From an uncultured Armatimonadetes bacterium (GTDB lineage: Bacteria; Armatimonadota; UBA5829; DTJY01): 64,000 bases of DNA. The DNA is taken from the NCBI GenBank assembly GCA_963717145.1, contig OY970325.1:608001-672000 (forward strand), given 5' to 3'. The notes beneath the pieces are model-generated. The model was not told the DNA's origin. It was given only the letters and a program-made list of their open reading frames with translations, and did not search any database. This document shows positions 62,375 through 64,000 of this stretch, in pieces (positions within the stretch are counted from its first letter, which is position 1; each line of letters begins with the position of its first letter). The position numbers and the translations under genes were made by a program.

Positions 62375-62473
62375 GAACCGCCGATGAATGCAGATGGACG
62401 CGGATAGGGATTAGCAAGTCTTTCGACCAGGTATTGCATGCAATCTACGTTTATCTGCGTTCATCGGCGGTTC
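62375..62473. repeat. Inverted element of about 10-bp units (CCGATGAATG/CAGATGGACG)
   Basis: GAACCGCCGATGAATGCAGATGGACGCGGAT ... ATCTACGTTTATCTGCGTTCATCGGCGGTTC. Confidence 0.75.
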
Positions 62474-62491
62474 CAATCCCAGGAGGTCTCC

Positions 62492-64000
62492 ATGCTTCGA
62501 TTTGCATCCATCTTGTCCCTCATTCTCTGTGCCCTCTGTGTTCTCCCCGCGCATGCCGGCGTGAAGTGGGACTTCGAGGACGGGACGCTCCAGGGATGGA
62601 CCGTCGTCTCCGGCGACGTTGGTCCTCAGCCGGTGGATAAGAACGATGACCGCTTCGGCGGCAACTTCAACAAAGAGGGCAAGTACTTCATCGGCACATA
62701 CGAGAACACCCAGGACGACGCCGAGGTCGAGTACCGCTCGCCCGACTTCACCATCTCCGCCGACACGATGACGCTCCTTGTCGGTGGCGGCGCTCACGTC
62801 GATCGCACCTTCGTCGCGCTCTACTCGGCGTCGGACAACACGGAGCTTTTTCACGAGACCGGCACGAGTTCAGAGTCGATGCAGCGGAAGTACTGGGACG
62901 TTTCGAAGTACAAAGGCCGGACGGTCTACATGCGGATCGTCGACCGCGAGCGCGGCGGCTGGGGACACATCAACGTCGATGATATACGCGAGTTGACTCC
63001 CCAGGAGGAGGCGCGCATCGAGGCTCAGAAGAAGCAACAGGAGATCGACAACCAGCGCTGGATGGACGACCTCATGAAGCCCGACAAGCGCAAGGTCTAC
63101 ACCGGCAGGGAGCTGACCGACCTGGCCATGCCGCTCGGAGGCATCGGTGCGGGGAACATCGCGGTCTGCGGCGACGGCGCGCTCAGGGAGTGGCAGATCT
63201 TCAACAAGGTCAACAGCTCGTGCGTCCTGCCCTGCAGCTTCTTCGCGGTCTGGGCGAAACAGGGGAACAAGCCGCCCGTCGCGCGCATTCTTCAGACCGC
63301 GCCCGTCGAGGACCTCCCGTGCGTCGAGTCCACGGAGTTCATCGGCGAGTTCCCGATCGCCGAGGTGATCTACAAGGACGACAAGCTCCCCGTGGACATT
63401 CGCATGGAGGCCTTCTCGCCGTTCATCCCGCTCAACTCGAAGGATTCCGGCATCCCCGGGATCGTCTTCAGCTTCAAGGTGAGGAACCCCGGCGCGCTCC
63501 CGGTCTCGGTGTCGCTGGCGGCATCTCTCCAGAACGCCGTGAACTATGACGGCGGATCGCCGATCAGTGGGGTACGTTTCAGGGGTTACGGCGGCAATCT
63601 CAATCAGCCCGTCAGCGGCAAAGGGTACACCGCCGTCTCGATGAGCAATCCGAGCCTCTCACCCGAGGAACATCAACTGGGCGCGATGACGCTCGCCGCA
63701 CTCACATCCGGGGCATCCACGATGCCTCAGTGGGACGTGGCTGGGATATTCTGGAACGATTTCTCCAGGGACGGCAGGCTCTCCGCTTCGGTCGCCGCCG
63801 GTCCGAGCATGAAGGGCCGCACGTGGAACGGTGCGCTCGCAGTCCCGATTGAACTGAAGCCCGGAGAGACGAATACCGTCACCTTCCTGATCACATGGCA
63901 CTTCCCCAACCTCTACGCCGACTACGATGCGAACCTTGCCAAGTACCGCATCGGGCGGAACTACACCAACTGGTTCAAGGATTCCGACGCCGCCGCGAAA
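62492..64000 (+). CDS. Secreted GH116-like beta-glucosidase, truncated by the window end
   Basis: Own translation: AGGAGG RBS, signal peptide, WDFEDG..GWGHINVDD module, then AMPLGGIGAG..LREWQIFN..FSPFIPLNSKDSGIP..FLITWHFPN; not in the ORF track because no stop is reached. Confidence 0.82.
   Translation, partial: MLRFASILSLILCALCVLPAHAGVKWDFEDGTLQGWTVVSGDVGPQPVDKNDDRFGGNFNKEGKYFIGTYENTQDDAEVEYRSPDFTISADTMTLLVGGGAHVDRTFVALYSASDNTELFHETGTSSESMQRKYWDVSKYKGRTVYMRIVDRERGGWGHINVDDIRELTPQEEARIEAQKKQQEIDNQRWMDDLMKPDKRKVYTGRELTDLAMPLGGIGAGNIAVCGDGALREWQIFNKVNSSCVLPCSFFAVWAKQGNKPPVARILQTAPVEDLPCVESTEFIGEFPIAEVIYKDDKLPVDIRMEAFSPFIPLNSKDSGIPGIVFSFKVRNPGALPVSVSLAASLQNAVNYDGGSPISGVRFRGYGGNLNQPVSGKGYTAVSMSNPSLSPEEHQLGAMTLAALTSGASTMPQWDVAGIFWNDFSRDGRLSASVAAGPSMKGRTWNGALAVPIELKPGETNTVTFLITWHFPNLYADYDANLAKYRIGRNYTNWFKDSDAAAK

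Noticed and set aside
1229-62473. CRISPR array or IS elements among the repeats
   Set aside because: No regularly spaced direct repeats with unique spacers; no cas or transposase ORF

Overview
This is a GC-rich bacterial chromosomal segment, most likely from Armatimonadota. That assignment is inference, based on a DUF1559/H-X9-DG prepilin-like protein, a PEP-CTERM protein, greA-lysS synteny, and many secreted glycan enzymes and URO-D-like proteins. Housekeeping content includes yjbQ, lysS, greA, trpB2, ggt, tRNA-Glu(CTC), amtB-glnK, a DEAD-box helicase, transketolase and FKBPs. Carbohydrate genes include beta-helix, GH130, GH116, sialidase-like, sulfatase and sugar ABC genes. There is a minor-pilin/PEP-CTERM cluster, and a small accessory block after the tRNA (BrnT-CopG toxin-antitoxin, SRPBCC, TIR-STAND-TPR). 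The most notable unexplained structure is the gene-free gap at 3400-4117. It holds two divergent promoter-driven structured RNA candidates, one carrying a strong Shine-Dalgarno and an 11-codon ORF. Other highlights are a GNAT toxin with an unrecognised 52-aa partner, GlnR-like 11-bp phased boxes upstream of amtB, a shared sigma28-like motif upstream of two surface-structure loci, and about 14 long intergenic palindromes from about 10 families. Five genes are broken by single-base lesions, probably assembly errors. No CRISPR array, rRNA, integrase or transposase was seen. All family calls come from motif recognition by eye, not database searches.
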